Shown piece after piece: positions 18,519 to 29,187 of a stretch of DNA of 64,000 nucleotides; position 1 is the stretch's first letter, and each line of letters opens with the position of its first letter. The DNA is taken from IMG/VR virus record IMGVR_UViG_3300010882_000012; one strand, 5' to 3'. This DNA comes from a virus. Taxonomy: Duplodnaviria; Caudoviricetes. The notes beneath the pieces were generated by a model. That model saw nothing but the letters and a program-made list of their open reading frames with translations, was not told the DNA's origin and did not search any database. Position numbers and translations under genes: made by a program.

Positions 18519-19925
18519 ATGATTAACATAGAACAAGCAGATTCTAGTTTGAAGATTTCTTACTTTAATGAAAAGGGAGAGATTGATATGTTAAGTGTGC
18601 AAATACCTCAAAATGAGTACTATGAGTGGTATTATGCAAAAACTTCTAAACATGATTTGCACTTTAAATCATGGAATAATAAACCGGTCATCAAAAACAA
18701 TTCTAAGTTCTTATCAAGCAATAGGATAAAGGAATTTTTGGCAAAACAACCAGAACATGTTCATGAAAGGATTTATCAGTACAACATGCCTAAAAAGTTC
18801 TTTGTCGATATAGAGGTAAACAATGATGATGAGTGGCCAGAACCAAGTATTGCAAGACATGAAATTACGGCAATTTCTTTTTCTCACGGTCAACTTTTAG
18901 TTGTAATGGGTCTTAATGAACTTTCAAAATCTCAAGTAGAAGAAATTGAAAAATCAATTAATGAGTACTTGGCAACTAAAGAATATCCACCTATTGAGTT
19001 TCGTTACATCTACTATAAAACAGAGTATGATATGATTTTTACTTTTTTCAACAAGTGGATTCAGAAAATGCCTTTAATTACAGGATGGAATTTTGTTGAA
19101 TTTGACTGGGCATACTTAGTTAATCGTTGTAAAAAACTTGCAATTGATCCAGGAGTTGCTAGCCCAAGTAAAAAACTTTATGGTAAAAATCAATTACCAA
19201 TGCACAGAGTTGTAGTTGACTATATGGCTATCTACAAAAAATGGGACAGAGTAGTATTCAAAGAAAACAATAGTCTTGACTATGTTGCAACTCAAGCAAC
19301 AGGATTAGGAAAAATTAAGTACAATGGAACTTTAGCAGATCTTTACACAACAGATTTTCAGAAGTACATCTATTACAATGCTATTGATAGTGTTTTAGTT
19401 AGGTTAATTGATGAAAAAATTTCTACAATGGATTCAATGTTTAGTTTAGCCAAAGTAACAAAATCTGAAATTCTTAATGTTTTTTCGCCAATTTCAATGA
19501 CTGAAAATGTTATGGTAACTGAATTTTTCAAAAGAGGAAAAGTTTTTACTAATGAGAGAAGAAAGTTAACAGAAAAAGAAGAGTATGAAGGTGCTTTTGT
19601 TTTTGAACCAATACCGGATCTTTTAGAATGGTGTGCAAGCTTTGACTATGCCAGCCTATATCCAAGTACAATGAGACAATGGAATATGAGCCCGGAATCG
19701 TATCTTGGTAAAATGGACAAGAAACTTTTTGATGATCCTGAATTTGTCAAAGATCCAAATGTTATCTATTCGGCAAGCGGTGCAATGTTTGACGGTAAAG
19801 AAGATTCAGTTTTTAGAGTAATTTTGAACAATCTCTATGCAAAGAGAAGAGAAGCAAAAGATGCAATGGAAACTGTAGAATTAGAAATGGAAGAATTAAA
19901 AAGAATGAAAGAAAGACTAAAATAA
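18519..19925 (+). CDS. gp43: Family B DNA polymerase, N-terminal subunit (exonuclease and motif A)
   Basis: DIE, GWNFVEFD, YNAID, YEGAFV, SFDYASLYPS; ends in fingers helix. Confidence 0.9.
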   Translation: MINIEQADSSLKISYFNEKGEIDMLSVQIPQNEYYEWYYAKTSKHDLHFKSWNNKPVIKNNSKFLSSNRIKEFLAKQPEHVHERIYQYNMPKKFFVDIEVNNDDEWPEPSIARHEITAISFSHGQLLVVMGLNELSKSQVEEIEKSINEYLATKEYPPIEFRYIYYKTEYDMIFTFFNKWIQKMPLITGWNFVEFDWAYLVNRCKKLAIDPGVASPSKKLYGKNQLPMHRVVVDYMAIYKKWDRVVFKENNSLDYVATQATGLGKIKYNGTLADLYTTDFQKYIYYNAIDSVLVRLIDEKISTMDSMFSLAKVTKSEILNVFSPISMTENVMVTEFFKRGKVFTNERRKLTEKEEYEGAFVFEPIPDLLEWCASFDYASLYPSTMRQWNMSPESYLGKMDKKLFDDPEFVKDPNVIYSASGAMFDGKEDSVFRVILNNLYAKRREAKDAMETVELEMEELKRMKERLK

Positions 19926-19935
19926 TGAAGATTAG

Positions 19936-21810
19936 ATGAAGAAAGATTTGTCAATAGAAATCTTAAGCGAATTAACGATATTTACCAAGTATGCAAGAGT
20001 TAATCCGAAAACAAAAAGAAAAGAAACTTGGAAAGAATTGGTAGATAGAAACAAAGAAATGCACATTAAAAAGTTTCCAAATCTTAAAGATGAGATAGAA
20101 GAAGCATACAAAATGGTGTATGATAAGAAAGTATTACCATCAATGCGCAGTTTACAATTTGCCGGTAAACCTATTGAGATATCACCTAATCGAATCTACA
20201 ATTGTGCCTATTTGCCAATTGATGATTGGCGTGCTTTTCCTGAAACCATGTTTTTACTTTTAGGAGGAAATGGGGTTGGATATTCAGTACAAAAACATCA
20301 TATTGAGAATTTGCCTATTATTACAAAACCAAATCCCGGTAGAAAGAAACGTTACTTAATTGGAGATTCAATTGAAGGATGGGCAGATACAATTAAACAC
20401 TTGATGAAATCTTACTTTCATGGTGGACCTACAATTGAGTTTGATTACAGAGACATCCGCCAAAAAGGTATGCCATTAATTACATCCGGGGGTAAAGCAC
20501 CAGGACCACAACCTCTTAAAGAGTGTGTTTTGAAAATTAAAGGAATTTTAGATAACAAAGAAGATGGAACTCAATTAACATCTTTAGAAGTACATGATAT
20601 TGTTTGTCATATTGCAGATGCTGTTTTAGCAGGTGGAATTCGCAGGGCAGCATTAATAGCACTTTTTAGCGCTGATGATACAGAAATGATTAGTTGCAAG
20701 TATGGTAATTGGTATGAACTTAATCCTCAAAGAGGACGTGCTAATAATAGTGCTATGTTATTGAGACACAAGATTACTAAAGAATTTTTCATGGATTTTT
20801 GGGAAAAAATGCAAGCAAGTGGAACAGGTGAACCGGGTTTTGTTTTTTCTAATGACAAAAACGCCGGCGTAAATCCATGTTGCGAAATTTCTTTAAGTCC
20901 AAATCAGTTCTGTAATTTAACAGAAATTAGCGTTTCAGATTTAACAGACCAAGATGAGTTTAATAATCGTGCAAAAGTTGCTAGTTTTATTGGAACTCTT
21001 CAGGCAAGTTACACAGATTTTCACTATTTAAGACCAATTTGGAAGAAAACTACAGAAAAAGATTCTTTAATTGGTGTTGGGATGACCGGTATTGCAACAG
21101 AAAGTTTTCTAAAACTTGATTTGATAGAAGCAGCAAGTGCAGTAAAAACTGAAAATGCAAGAGTTGCAAAATTAATCGGAATTAATCAAGCAAGTAGAAC
21201 AACTTGTGTAAAGCCATCTGGTACAACAAGTTTAGTGCTTGGAACTTCTTCAGGTATTCATGCTTGGTTTGATAGGTTTTACATCCGCAGAATGAGAGTT
21301 GGTAAAAATGAATCCATCTATCCTTACTTGTTAGAAACTAATCCGTCTTTAGTTGTAGATGAATACTTTAGACCTCATGATACAGCTGTGATTGAAGTTC
21401 CACAAAAAGCGCCAGAAGGTGCAATTTTACGTTCTGAATCTGTTTACGGATTTCTCGAGAGAATTAAAAGACTGAACAAGAAATGGATACATGGTGGATA
21501 CAGAAAAGGTGATAACCATAATAATGTTTCAGCAACTGTTTTCATTAAAGACAATGAATGGGAAATGGTAGGAGAATGGATGTGGGAAAATCGAAAGTAC
21601 TATAATGGAATGGCGATTTTACCTTATGATGGAGGTAATTACAAACAACCACCATTTGAAACAATAACAGAAGAAGAATTTAACACAAGATTTGCAACTT
21701 TAGGAAGTATTGACCTGTCAAAAGTAACCGAAGTAGATGATGATGGATTTGGTCAAGAAGCAGCCTGTTCTGGCGGATCATGTAGTATTGAAAGTTTTTC
21801 AAAAAACTAA
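19936..21810 (+). CDS. nrdJ: Class II (B12-dependent) ribonucleotide reductase
   Basis: PSMRSL, YNC, GGIRRAA, NPCCE, CVKPSGT, C-terminal ACSGGSC. Confidence 0.9.
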   Translation: MKKDLSIEILSELTIFTKYARVNPKTKRKETWKELVDRNKEMHIKKFPNLKDEIEEAYKMVYDKKVLPSMRSLQFAGKPIEISPNRIYNCAYLPIDDWRAFPETMFLLLGGNGVGYSVQKHHIENLPIITKPNPGRKKRYLIGDSIEGWADTIKHLMKSYFHGGPTIEFDYRDIRQKGMPLITSGGKAPGPQPLKECVLKIKGILDNKEDGTQLTSLEVHDIVCHIADAVLAGGIRRAALIALFSADDTEMISCKYGNWYELNPQRGRANNSAMLLRHKITKEFFMDFWEKMQASGTGEPGFVFSNDKNAGVNPCCEISLSPNQFCNLTEISVSDLTDQDEFNNRAKVASFIGTLQASYTDFHYLRPIWKKTTEKDSLIGVGMTGIATESFLKLDLIEAASAVKTENARVAKLIGINQASRTTCVKPSGTTSLVLGTSSGIHAWFDRFYIRRMRVGKNESIYPYLLETNPSLVVDEYFRPHDTAVIEVPQKAPEGAILRSESVYGFLERIKRLNKKWIHGGYRKGDNHNNVSATVFIKDNEWEMVGEWMWENRKYYNGMAILPYDGGNYKQPPFETITEEEFNTRFATLGSIDLSKVTEVDDDGFGQEAACSGGSCSIESFSKN

Positions 21811-21816
21811 AACAAA

Positions 21817-22089
21817 ATGGTGCATAATAATACAATAGAAGATTTAAGAGCATACCTTAATGAGTTTGAATTCACAAAACATCATCAAATTACAATTGAT
21901 ATTGTAGAAAAATTAGAAGATGTTTTGTTAGATAATACTGAAAATTTTAATATCGAAAAATTAGGTTCAATAGGATACAAAATCAGTACCTTACTTGAAA
22001 TAATTTCACCCGATTTTATTGCAGATATTAAGACTTTAAAAAATCTGTATGGCTTAATTGAAAAAATAGTGTATTCAGAAAGATACTAA
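21817..22089 (+). CDS. Hypothetical protein
   Basis: Packed ORF in operon. Confidence 0.55.
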   Translation: MVHNNTIEDLRAYLNEFEFTKHHQITIDIVEKLEDVLLDNTENFNIEKLGSIGYKISTLLEIISPDFIADIKTLKNLYGLIEKIVYSERY

Positions 22090-22102
22090 AAATTAAAGAA
22101 AA

Positions 22103-22531
22103 ATGAAAAGAAGAAAAGTTTTAATAGTAATTCAAGATGAACAAAATGATAATCATAGCTTAGCTACTATTGCAGAAGATATGGTACAATGTGCTGAATG
22201 TCTTTTAGGATTAGATGATTATGGGATTGATAAAGCTATTGTAGTTGTAAACAGACATCTTGAAATGGCAGAACAACAAATTTCAGAAGAGTACAAGGAT
22301 AAGATTATCTTAATGGAAGATTTGAATTATGAACAATATGGTGATAATGGTAGTCTTTACATCGGATTTGAACATGTTGAAAAAGGAGATGTAGTTGTAA
22401 TTATGAGACCTTCAAAATGTTTTGGTTACAATGAAGATTCAGGTCTTGGTATTATTGCAGAAAATCTTGAATTCATTTCTTACGAAAAAGTAGAACAATT
22501 TGAACAAGATTTAGAAAATTCTCTAAAATAG
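22103..22531 (+). CDS. Hypothetical protein
   Basis: Packed ORF in operon. Confidence 0.6.
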   Translation: MKRRKVLIVIQDEQNDNHSLATIAEDMVQCAECLLGLDDYGIDKAIVVVNRHLEMAEQQISEEYKDKIILMEDLNYEQYGDNGSLYIGFEHVEKGDVVVIMRPSKCFGYNEDSGLGIIAENLEFISYEKVEQFEQDLENSLK

Positions 22532-22538
22532 TACAACT

Positions 22539-23246
22539 ATGGCATTGAAGATTTACGAAAATGGAATAGTCGACAAATATCGAGCGCAACATAGAAAAAG
22601 ATTTGCTTTTAAAGATTTAGCTATTGCGCTTGGTGATATTGAAGAGAATATCCTCTTAATGGATATGGGAGTTGCTATTTTAGTTATTAACAAAAATGCA
22701 ACAGTTCTTAATTCAGTTGCTAGTTTGTTTTTTCGGAATGTTGTTAATGGTCATTGTTTGATTGTTTCAGGAAGAGAATTAGATCCTGAAATTTTTTGGG
22801 AAACAATTACTAAAGAAAATTGTCATTATGATTTAGATTTTTTTGAACAAAATCTAATGGTTGGAATTAAAGAAACTTTAGAAATTTTTCAAATGGTACT
22901 TGATAAAAACAAAGAAAGTTTGAAACCTGTTAAAAATGTTTTTTATGCCAAAGTTCCACAGTATGAAAGTATGAATGAGGAAGAGAAGAAATTCATGAAA
23001 AACTTTTTTAATGCTACAGTTCAACGAATGGAAAAGTACAATAATGAAAATGAAGAAACTAATTTTCAAGACCTTATCCTCTTTGAAGAAAATGATTTTG
23101 TAATCAAGTTTCCGAAAGAAAAGAAAGAAGTTGAAGGATTCATGGAGTCAGTAATTGATTATTACATGGAAAAAGAACAGTTTGAAAAATGTGAGATTTT
23201 AACTAATGCTTTAAATTTTGCCAAAAGTACTGAAAAGTTAGTTTAA
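22539..23246 (+). CDS. Hypothetical protein (UVR-like C-terminal helix pair)
   Basis: Ends YYMEKEQFEKCEIL. Confidence 0.6.
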   Translation: MALKIYENGIVDKYRAQHRKRFAFKDLAIALGDIEENILLMDMGVAILVINKNATVLNSVASLFFRNVVNGHCLIVSGRELDPEIFWETITKENCHYDLDFFEQNLMVGIKETLEIFQMVLDKNKESLKPVKNVFYAKVPQYESMNEEEKKFMKNFFNATVQRMEKYNNENEETNFQDLILFEENDFVIKFPKEKKEVEGFMESVIDYYMEKEQFEKCEILTNALNFAKSTEKLV

Positions 23247-23247
23247 A

Positions 23248-23577
23248 ATGAAAGTTATTGAAAACAATTTCATACCATCAAAGAATTTTTTAGCTATTAA
23301 CATTTTTGGATTATTGTTTGTTAGATGTTGTAATAAAGATAAAATTTCCGAAGAAACAAAAAGACATGAAAGAATACACACAGAACAAATGAAGGAATTG
23401 TGTTTTATTGTATTTTACGTTTGGTATGGAATAGAATGGTTAATAAAAATTATCTGGCATAAGAATTTGATAAAAGCATACTATAGTATAGCATTTGAAA
23501 AAGAAGCATACAGAAATGAAAAGGATGAAAGGTACTTTAGTAAAAGAAAAAGGTTTAATTGGATAAAATTGATTTAA
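23248..23577 (+). CDS. HExxH-containing membrane-associated hypothetical protein
   Basis: RHERIHTEQMKE, hydrophobic FIVFYVWYGIEW, AYYSIAFEKEAY. Confidence 0.7.
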   Translation: MKVIENNFIPSKNFLAINIFGLLFVRCCNKDKISEETKRHERIHTEQMKELCFIVFYVWYGIEWLIKIIWHKNLIKAYYSIAFEKEAYRNEKDERYFSKRKRFNWIKLI

Positions 23578-23608
23578 ATTAAAATTGTTAGTAAAAAGTT
23601 TAAAGTTC

Positions 23609-23641
23609 TTGCCTGGTGTAAGAACTTTTTCATTATCTTTG
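23609..23641 (+). promoter_or_regulatory. Bacteroidota-type host sigma promoter (TTG...TAnnTTTG)
   Basis: TTG at 23609, TATCTTTG at 23634-23641. Confidence 0.6.
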
Positions 23642-23664
23642 CATAATAATTGAAATAGTACAAA

Positions 23665-24744
23665 ATGATAGAATTAAAAGGAGCTTATTGTAAAGATTGC
23701 AAGATTTTCATTGATGATGTAGAATCTGAAGCAATTTCTACTATTTACAGTATTTTGAATGATCAAGTTTCTGAAAATGTTCCAGTTAGAATAATGCCAG
23801 ATACTCACAATGGTCAAGATATTGTAGTAGGTTTTACTATGCCATTAACAGATAGAGTAAATCCTTATCATATTGGAGTTGATGGAGGTTGTGGTGTTCT
23901 TTCTATTCCTATTCCAAAATTAAATCAACCATTAGAAAAGATAGACCGTAGAATTAGAGAAGTAATTCCTATGGGATTTGAACATCGTAAAGTTTCATTG
24001 AAGTATGAGAATGAAGATGTTGAAAAAATTTGCAAGAAAATTCATCTTAATTATGCCGAAGTTGTAAAGCAAATGGGAACATTGGGAGGTGGTAATCATT
24101 TTATCGAAATCGGAGAAACTAAGAAAGGTTGGATGCTTTTCATTCATTCCGGTTCTCGTAATTTTGGATTGCAAGTTTGCAAATTTCATGGAAATCAAGC
24201 AAAAGCTGGAAAACACTCTAAGTATCTCTTTGAAGATAAGATGAAAAATTATCTTGCAGATTTAAAAGTAGTTCAAGAATTTGCTGCCGAAAATCGCAAA
24301 AAAATTGCAGAAGAAATTCTAAAGGTTTTTAATTTACCAACAAAATTATTGAAAGAAAGTTTTGATACTGTCCATAATTACATCGGAACCGACCAAATCA
24401 TTCGAAAAGGAGCTATTTCAGCACACCAAAATGAGATGGTAGTAATTCCTCTCAATATGCGAGATGGTGTCCTCTGGTGTCGCGGATTGGGCAATGTGGA
24501 GTGGAATAATAGTGCACCTCATGGAGCGGGCAGAATATTATCAAGAAATGCAGCTAAAGCTAAAATTAATTTAGTCGATTTCAAAAACTCAATGAAAGGA
24601 ATCTACTCTTCATCTGTTTGCAAAGAAACTATTGATGAAAGTCCAATGGCTTACAAAGATGCAGAAATTATCAAAGGTTTAATTGGAGAAACAGTAGAAA
24701 TTTTAGAGGTAATAAAACCTGTTTTAAATCTCAAAGCTCATTAA
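23665..24744 (+). CDS. rtcB: RtcB RNA ligase
   Basis: MPDTH, GVDGGCG, GTLGGGNHFIE, HSGSR, HNY, HGAGR, DESPMAYK. Confidence 0.95.
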   Translation: MIELKGAYCKDCKIFIDDVESEAISTIYSILNDQVSENVPVRIMPDTHNGQDIVVGFTMPLTDRVNPYHIGVDGGCGVLSIPIPKLNQPLEKIDRRIREVIPMGFEHRKVSLKYENEDVEKICKKIHLNYAEVVKQMGTLGGGNHFIEIGETKKGWMLFIHSGSRNFGLQVCKFHGNQAKAGKHSKYLFEDKMKNYLADLKVVQEFAAENRKKIAEEILKVFNLPTKLLKESFDTVHNYIGTDQIIRKGAISAHQNEMVVIPLNMRDGVLWCRGLGNVEWNNSAPHGAGRILSRNAAKAKINLVDFKNSMKGIYSSSVCKETIDESPMAYKDAEIIKGLIGETVEILEVIKPVLNLKAH

Positions 24745-24771
24745 ATTGTTAGTAACTTTTTTCTAAATCTG

Positions 24772-24802
24772 TTGATTCGTAAGGAAAAAAGTGGTATTTT
24801 TA
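24772..24802 (+). promoter_or_regulatory. Bacteroidota-type promoter variant
   Basis: TTG-N20-TATTTTTA; shares upstream AAATTGTTAGTAA with the rtcB promoter. Confidence 0.5.
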
Positions 24803-24832
24803 CAGTATCAAATCAATCAAAATTCTAAAGAT

Positions 24833-26821
24833 ATGACAACAAATTACACACAAGACGAGCAACTTTATCTTGAAGCAAAACATGCTTATTATAACACGGA
24901 TAAGCCCATAATGACAGATTCTGAGTTTGACCACTTAGAAGCAAAATTAAAAGCACTTAATTCTCAAGTAATTGGAATAGTAGGTGCTGATGTTTTCGAT
25001 CGTTATGCAAAGTTTTCTCATATTACACCTATGCTTTCATTGGCAAAATATCAAACCAATAAAACTACCGGTTTGCCTCCTACTGAAGAAGCCATTAAAT
25101 GGATGAAAAATTTAGTTGGTCAAGGAGTACAACCTCATTTTGGATTTTCTCCAAAATTCGATGGAAATGCGGTAAATGCTATCTACAAAAATGGAAAACT
25201 TTGGAAAATTTTATCTCGTGGTAATGGTATTCAAGGTCGTGATTACACTTCAAAATTAAGACAACAAGTTCCCGCTACTATTCCGGTTTTAGACCAAGTA
25301 GAAGTAAGAGCAGAGGTTGTAATTCCAAAAGCAATTTTCGCAGCCAAGTATGTAGCTAATTTTGCAAATGAACGTAATTTTGTAGCTGGTGTACTTAATG
25401 ATGACAAACCAAATCCAGCCATTAATGAGATTGTGTTTATGGCTCATGAAATTAAGCACATTGAAGGAAAAACCGCTGAATGGATTCCTACTTCAAAATT
25501 AAAAGAATGGGGATTTAACAAACAATACGATCTTGTTGAGTTTTACTATCATTATGATGAGTTTGAAAAAGCATACTATGCTATGAAAAACTATCGTGAG
25601 AATAAAAGCCCATTTCTTTTGGATGGTTTTGTTATCAAAGCAGCGGAAAAATATCGTCCTGAACTCGGAGAAAATAGTCACGATCCTGAATGGGGTGTTG
25701 CTATTAAGTTCATTCCCAAGGATGTAATAACAAAAGTAGCAAAATTAAAATGGGAACTTGGAAAGACCGGAGTTTTTACACCAGTTGCACTTTTAGAACC
25801 TGTTAATCTTGATGGAAGTACAGTAACAAAAGCAAGTATCTACAATTATCGCTATGTTATTGACAATGAAGTTTTTGCAGGTGCTGAAGTTAGTTTAGTA
25901 AAATCTGGAGATATTATTCCACAAATAGTAAAAGTAATTGAACCGGCACCAACTGATCCATTTGTGAACATGGTAACTGAAATTCCAACTCATTGTCCCC
26001 ATTGTGGAACTAATCTTGAAATAGTAAATGGTATTCATCTAACTTGTCCTAATGCAAATTGTGATGAAGTAAAGTATTGTATCTTTGAAGATTGTGTTGA
26101 AAAATTAGAATTATTTGGAGTTGGACCATCAATTATCCGTTCATTTTGGAATGCCGGTATTAAAGAAGCATGTCACATTTTAAATCCTAACATTTTTAAC
26201 AAGAAAAACTTAATAGCAAGTGGACAATTTCAAGACGGTCGTTCTCTTGATAAAATTTTGGATGTTGTTGATAAAGTAAACAATTTGAGTTTACAACAAG
26301 TAATTCAATTATTAGGTTTTAAAGGAATGGGCAAAACTATTTCAAAACAAGTAGCTAACAAAATTGCCGGAGTTGCTTACAGTTTTGCAAGCTTAGAAAA
26401 AGCAGTATGTGAAGGTTTTGAACCTGGTGAACCAAAAAGAATTGGTGTAGATAATGTAGTAAATTACTTGTCTGAATGGATTACAATTGATATGCCACAA
26501 GATACAAGCCATTTGCAATTTTTGGAAATGACCGGTAGTCCAAAAGCTTTTGGTTTTGTTACTAAAGAAGATTTTTTAGACACTATTAAACCATTTGGAT
26601 TTGAACATGGAAAGTTAAATGAAGCAAGGTTTTTAATTACTGATGATTTAAGTTCAACTTCAAGTAAGATGAAAACAGCTGAAAAGAAAGGTATTGAAAT
26701 AATGACCTATTCTCAATTTGTTGACAAATTTTGTCAAGGAGTTCCCGTTATTCAACTGGTTGTAAAAAGCATACCACAAACAAAATTAAATCCAATAATT
26801 AAACAAACCTCATTATTTTAG
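24833..26821 (+). CDS. ligA: NAD+-dependent DNA ligase (likely start ATG 24833)
   Basis: PMLSL, PKFDG, SRGNG, EVRAE, LDG, VAIKF, Zn finger CPHC, BRCT-like C-terminus. Confidence 0.93.
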   Translation: MTTNYTQDEQLYLEAKHAYYNTDKPIMTDSEFDHLEAKLKALNSQVIGIVGADVFDRYAKFSHITPMLSLAKYQTNKTTGLPPTEEAIKWMKNLVGQGVQPHFGFSPKFDGNAVNAIYKNGKLWKILSRGNGIQGRDYTSKLRQQVPATIPVLDQVEVRAEVVIPKAIFAAKYVANFANERNFVAGVLNDDKPNPAINEIVFMAHEIKHIEGKTAEWIPTSKLKEWGFNKQYDLVEFYYHYDEFEKAYYAMKNYRENKSPFLLDGFVIKAAEKYRPELGENSHDPEWGVAIKFIPKDVITKVAKLKWELGKTGVFTPVALLEPVNLDGSTVTKASIYNYRYVIDNEVFAGAEVSLVKSGDIIPQIVKVIEPAPTDPFVNMVTEIPTHCPHCGTNLEIVNGIHLTCPNANCDEVKYCIFEDCVEKLELFGVGPSIIRSFWNAGIKEACHILNPNIFNKKNLIASGQFQDGRSLDKILDVVDKVNNLSLQQVIQLLGFKGMGKTISKQVANKIAGVAYSFASLEKAVCEGFEPGEPKRIGVDNVVNYLSEWITIDMPQDTSHLQFLEMTGSPKAFGFVTKEDFLDTIKPFGFEHGKLNEARFLITDDLSSTSSKMKTAEKKGIEIMTYSQFVDKFCQGVPVIQLVVKSIPQTKLNPIIKQTSLF

Positions 26822-26825
26822 AATT

Positions 26826-27038
26826 ATGCAAAAAGTAGTAATTACCAAAAATAGTAATAGTGATGAACTTAACAAACTATTAGATGATGGATGGACAGTA
26901 AAAGAATTTAAACCTATTGCAGCAAGAATTGTAATGGGAGGTGCATGTACATGGTCTGATAAAGAAGGTAATGTTTATTGTTACTATCTTTTAGAAAAAA
27001 TTGAGTTTAATTTCAAAGACAAACCAAAATTAGATTAA
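26826..27038 (+). CDS. Hypothetical protein
   Basis: Packed ORF. Confidence 0.6.
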   Translation: MQKVVITKNSNSDELNKLLDDGWTVKEFKPIAARIVMGGACTWSDKEGNVYCYYLLEKIEFNFKDKPKLD

Positions 27039-27041
27039 GAT

Positions 27042-27248
27042 ATGGAAGATTTAATCAAAGCTTTTCAAATTTTCTTCAAGTATTCGCAAGAAAAATTTCC
27101 AACTCATTGTGAACATGATGTAATGTATGTTCAAGTAGATCCTAATGATGTTTCAGAAGAAGACATCAAAGAATTAGATGAATTAGGTTTTAATGCCGAT
27201 TATGAAGACCTTAACAATTTTTACTCTTACCGATTTGGTAGTTGCTAA
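27042..27248 (+). CDS. Small phage hypothetical protein
   Basis: PTHCEHD...RFGSC; packed ORF. Confidence 0.65.
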   Translation: MEDLIKAFQIFFKYSQEKFPTHCEHDVMYVQVDPNDVSEEDIKELDELGFNADYEDLNNFYSYRFGSC

Positions 27249-27260
27249 AATTAAGAAATC

Positions 27261-27641
27261 ATGGATACAACTTGTCCTTATTGTGGAGGTTCCGATTTTC
27301 TAAAAACTTGCACTTGTGATGATGGATATGGTGATAATGAAATTTTTTTACCACGACCACCAGATTACAACTCTAAGAAATTACCAGAAGTTCAAGAATT
27401 CATTGATTGGACATGGGAAGAATACAGAAAAGAAAATAGTGTAGAAGCTAAAAGACAAAGAAAATTAGAAGTTTATCAAGAATTAAAAGAATGTCTTGAA
27501 AAATTCACAAATGAAAAATTATTGGAACTACATCAAGAATGGAAAAAATTGGGTAATCCAATTCACCAATTTAAAGAAGTTAATGTTAATCGCTTAGCTT
27601 TCATTAAAAGAGAATTAAAAAGAAGAAAACTACAATGGTAG
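27261..27641 (+). CDS. Hypothetical protein with N-terminal Cys cluster
   Basis: CPYC...CTC. Confidence 0.6.
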   Translation: MDTTCPYCGGSDFLKTCTCDDGYGDNEIFLPRPPDYNSKKLPEVQEFIDWTWEEYRKENSVEAKRQRKLEVYQELKECLEKFTNEKLLELHQEWKKLGNPIHQFKEVNVNRLAFIKRELKRRKLQW

Positions 27642-28066
27642 AAAATCAAGAAGCTTTTCTTGCTATGATTCCAGGTGCTATTGGAAATATCCGATACAAA
27701 TGGGAAGACAGTAGAAAAGTACTTTCAAATTCAGAACAACAGGATAAAAACAGTTTTATTGACCAATATGCCGGCGAATACATGCATAGTATTGTTTCAA
27801 AATCCATGTATGGTGAAAAACATGTACCTATTGAAAATGCGTTTATTCTTGCAAGAGAAGAAGCGAGAAAAGAATGGGAAAGATTAGAATTGGGTAAAAT
27901 TACACTTAGACAAGAAATGCTACAAGTTGGTGATGCTGAAAGTTTGAAAAGAGTAATGAAACTAAAAAATCATCCATACTTTAAAGGTTGGAAAGAACCT
28001 CATGTAATTCAAGCGTTTATTACAGAAACTACTAAAATTTTAAATGAAGAAAGCAAAAAGAACTAA
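27635..28066 (+). CDS. Hypothetical protein
   Basis: Overlapping, translationally coupled ORF. Confidence 0.6.
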   Translation: MVENQEAFLAMIPGAIGNIRYKWEDSRKVLSNSEQQDKNSFIDQYAGEYMHSIVSKSMYGEKHVPIENAFILAREEARKEWERLELGKITLRQEMLQVGDAESLKRVMKLKNHPYFKGWKEPHVIQAFITETTKILNEESKKN

Positions 28067-29187
28067 TGGAAAAACGAGATTACTATGAAATTCTAGAGGT
28101 TGATAAAAATGCAAATGCAGATGAGATTAAAAAAGCTTATCGCAAAAAAGCAATGGAATATCATCCTGATAGAAATCCTGATAACAAAGAAGCTGAAGAA
28201 AAATTTAAAGAAGCAGCAGAAGCATATGATGTTTTAAGTACGCCGGAAAAACGTCAAAGATATGATCAATTTGGACATCAAGGTATGAATGGTGGATTTT
28301 CAACACAAGGTTTTAACATGGATGATGTTTTTTCACAATATGGTGATCTTTTTAATGGTCATTTTAGTGGAATGGGGGATTTCTTTGGAAGACGTGGACA
28401 TGGTGGACAACAACGAAAACCAGTAGTAAAAGCAAAGGATTTAAGAGTTACAGTAAAATTAACTCTTGAAGAGATTGCAACCGAACAAGAAAAGAAAATC
28501 AAGTTTAAAAAACAGATTCTTTGTCCAGAATGTAATGGTCTGAAAACCAAGAATAAAGAAGATGTTGTTACTTGTCCTGCTTGTAATGGAACAGGTCAAG
28601 TTGTTCATACTCAAAGAAATGGATTTAGCATAATGCAGCAAGTTATGCCTTGTAATAGTTGTGGAGGACTTGGAACAATAGTAAAAAATCCTTGTTCTAA
28701 TTGTCATGGAAAGGGGACCATACTTGGTGAAGAAACTGTTGAAATTAAAATACCGGCAGGTGTACTGAATGGAACTCAAATTGCAATTAGAGGTATTGGA
28801 AATGCAGCACCGGCAGATGGTATTAGTGGAGATTTGATTGTGCAAATTGAAGAAATACCGCATGAACTTTTTGAAAGAGGTGGAATAGCTGGTAATGATT
28901 TGTTTGCTGAATGGTACATCTCAATTCCCGAAGCAATTTTAGGTTGTGAAGTTGAATTACCAACACTTACTGGAAAAGTAAAAGCAAAATTGAATGCTGG
29001 AATACAAAATGGAGAAATCATACGATTAAAAGGAAAAGGATTACCTGGAGCACCAAACATGAATTACAGAGAAACTGGAAACTTGATTTTTACTATTAAA
29101 GTTTGGATTCCACAGACTTTAAGCAAAATTGAAAAAGAAACAATAGAACAATTACTAGAATCTCAAAATTTTAAACCACAACTATGA
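28066..29187 (+). CDS. dnaJ: Type I DnaJ co-chaperone
   Basis: J domain with HPD, G/F-rich linker, four CxxCxGxG-type repeats. Confidence 0.96.
   Translation: MEKRDYYEILEVDKNANADEIKKAYRKKAMEYHPDRNPDNKEAEEKFKEAAEAYDVLSTPEKRQRYDQFGHQGMNGGFSTQGFNMDDVFSQYGDLFNGHFSGMGDFFGRRGHGGQQRKPVVKAKDLRVTVKLTLEEIATEQEKKIKFKKQILCPECNGLKTKNKEDVVTCPACNGTGQVVHTQRNGFSIMQQVMPCNSCGGLGTIVKNPCSNCHGKGTILGEETVEIKIPAGVLNGTQIAIRGIGNAAPADGISGDLIVQIEEIPHELFERGGIAGNDLFAEWYISIPEAILGCEVELPTLTGKVKAKLNAGIQNGEIIRLKGKGLPGAPNMNYRETGNLIFTIKVWIPQTLSKIEKETIEQLLESQNFKPQL

Noticed and set aside
23665-23682. First 18 nt of rtcB identical to the start of the 11299 NTase (MIELKG)
   Set aside because: Short and AT-rich, resembles a normal RtcB start, and the FDQFLNE part is absent; probably coincidence
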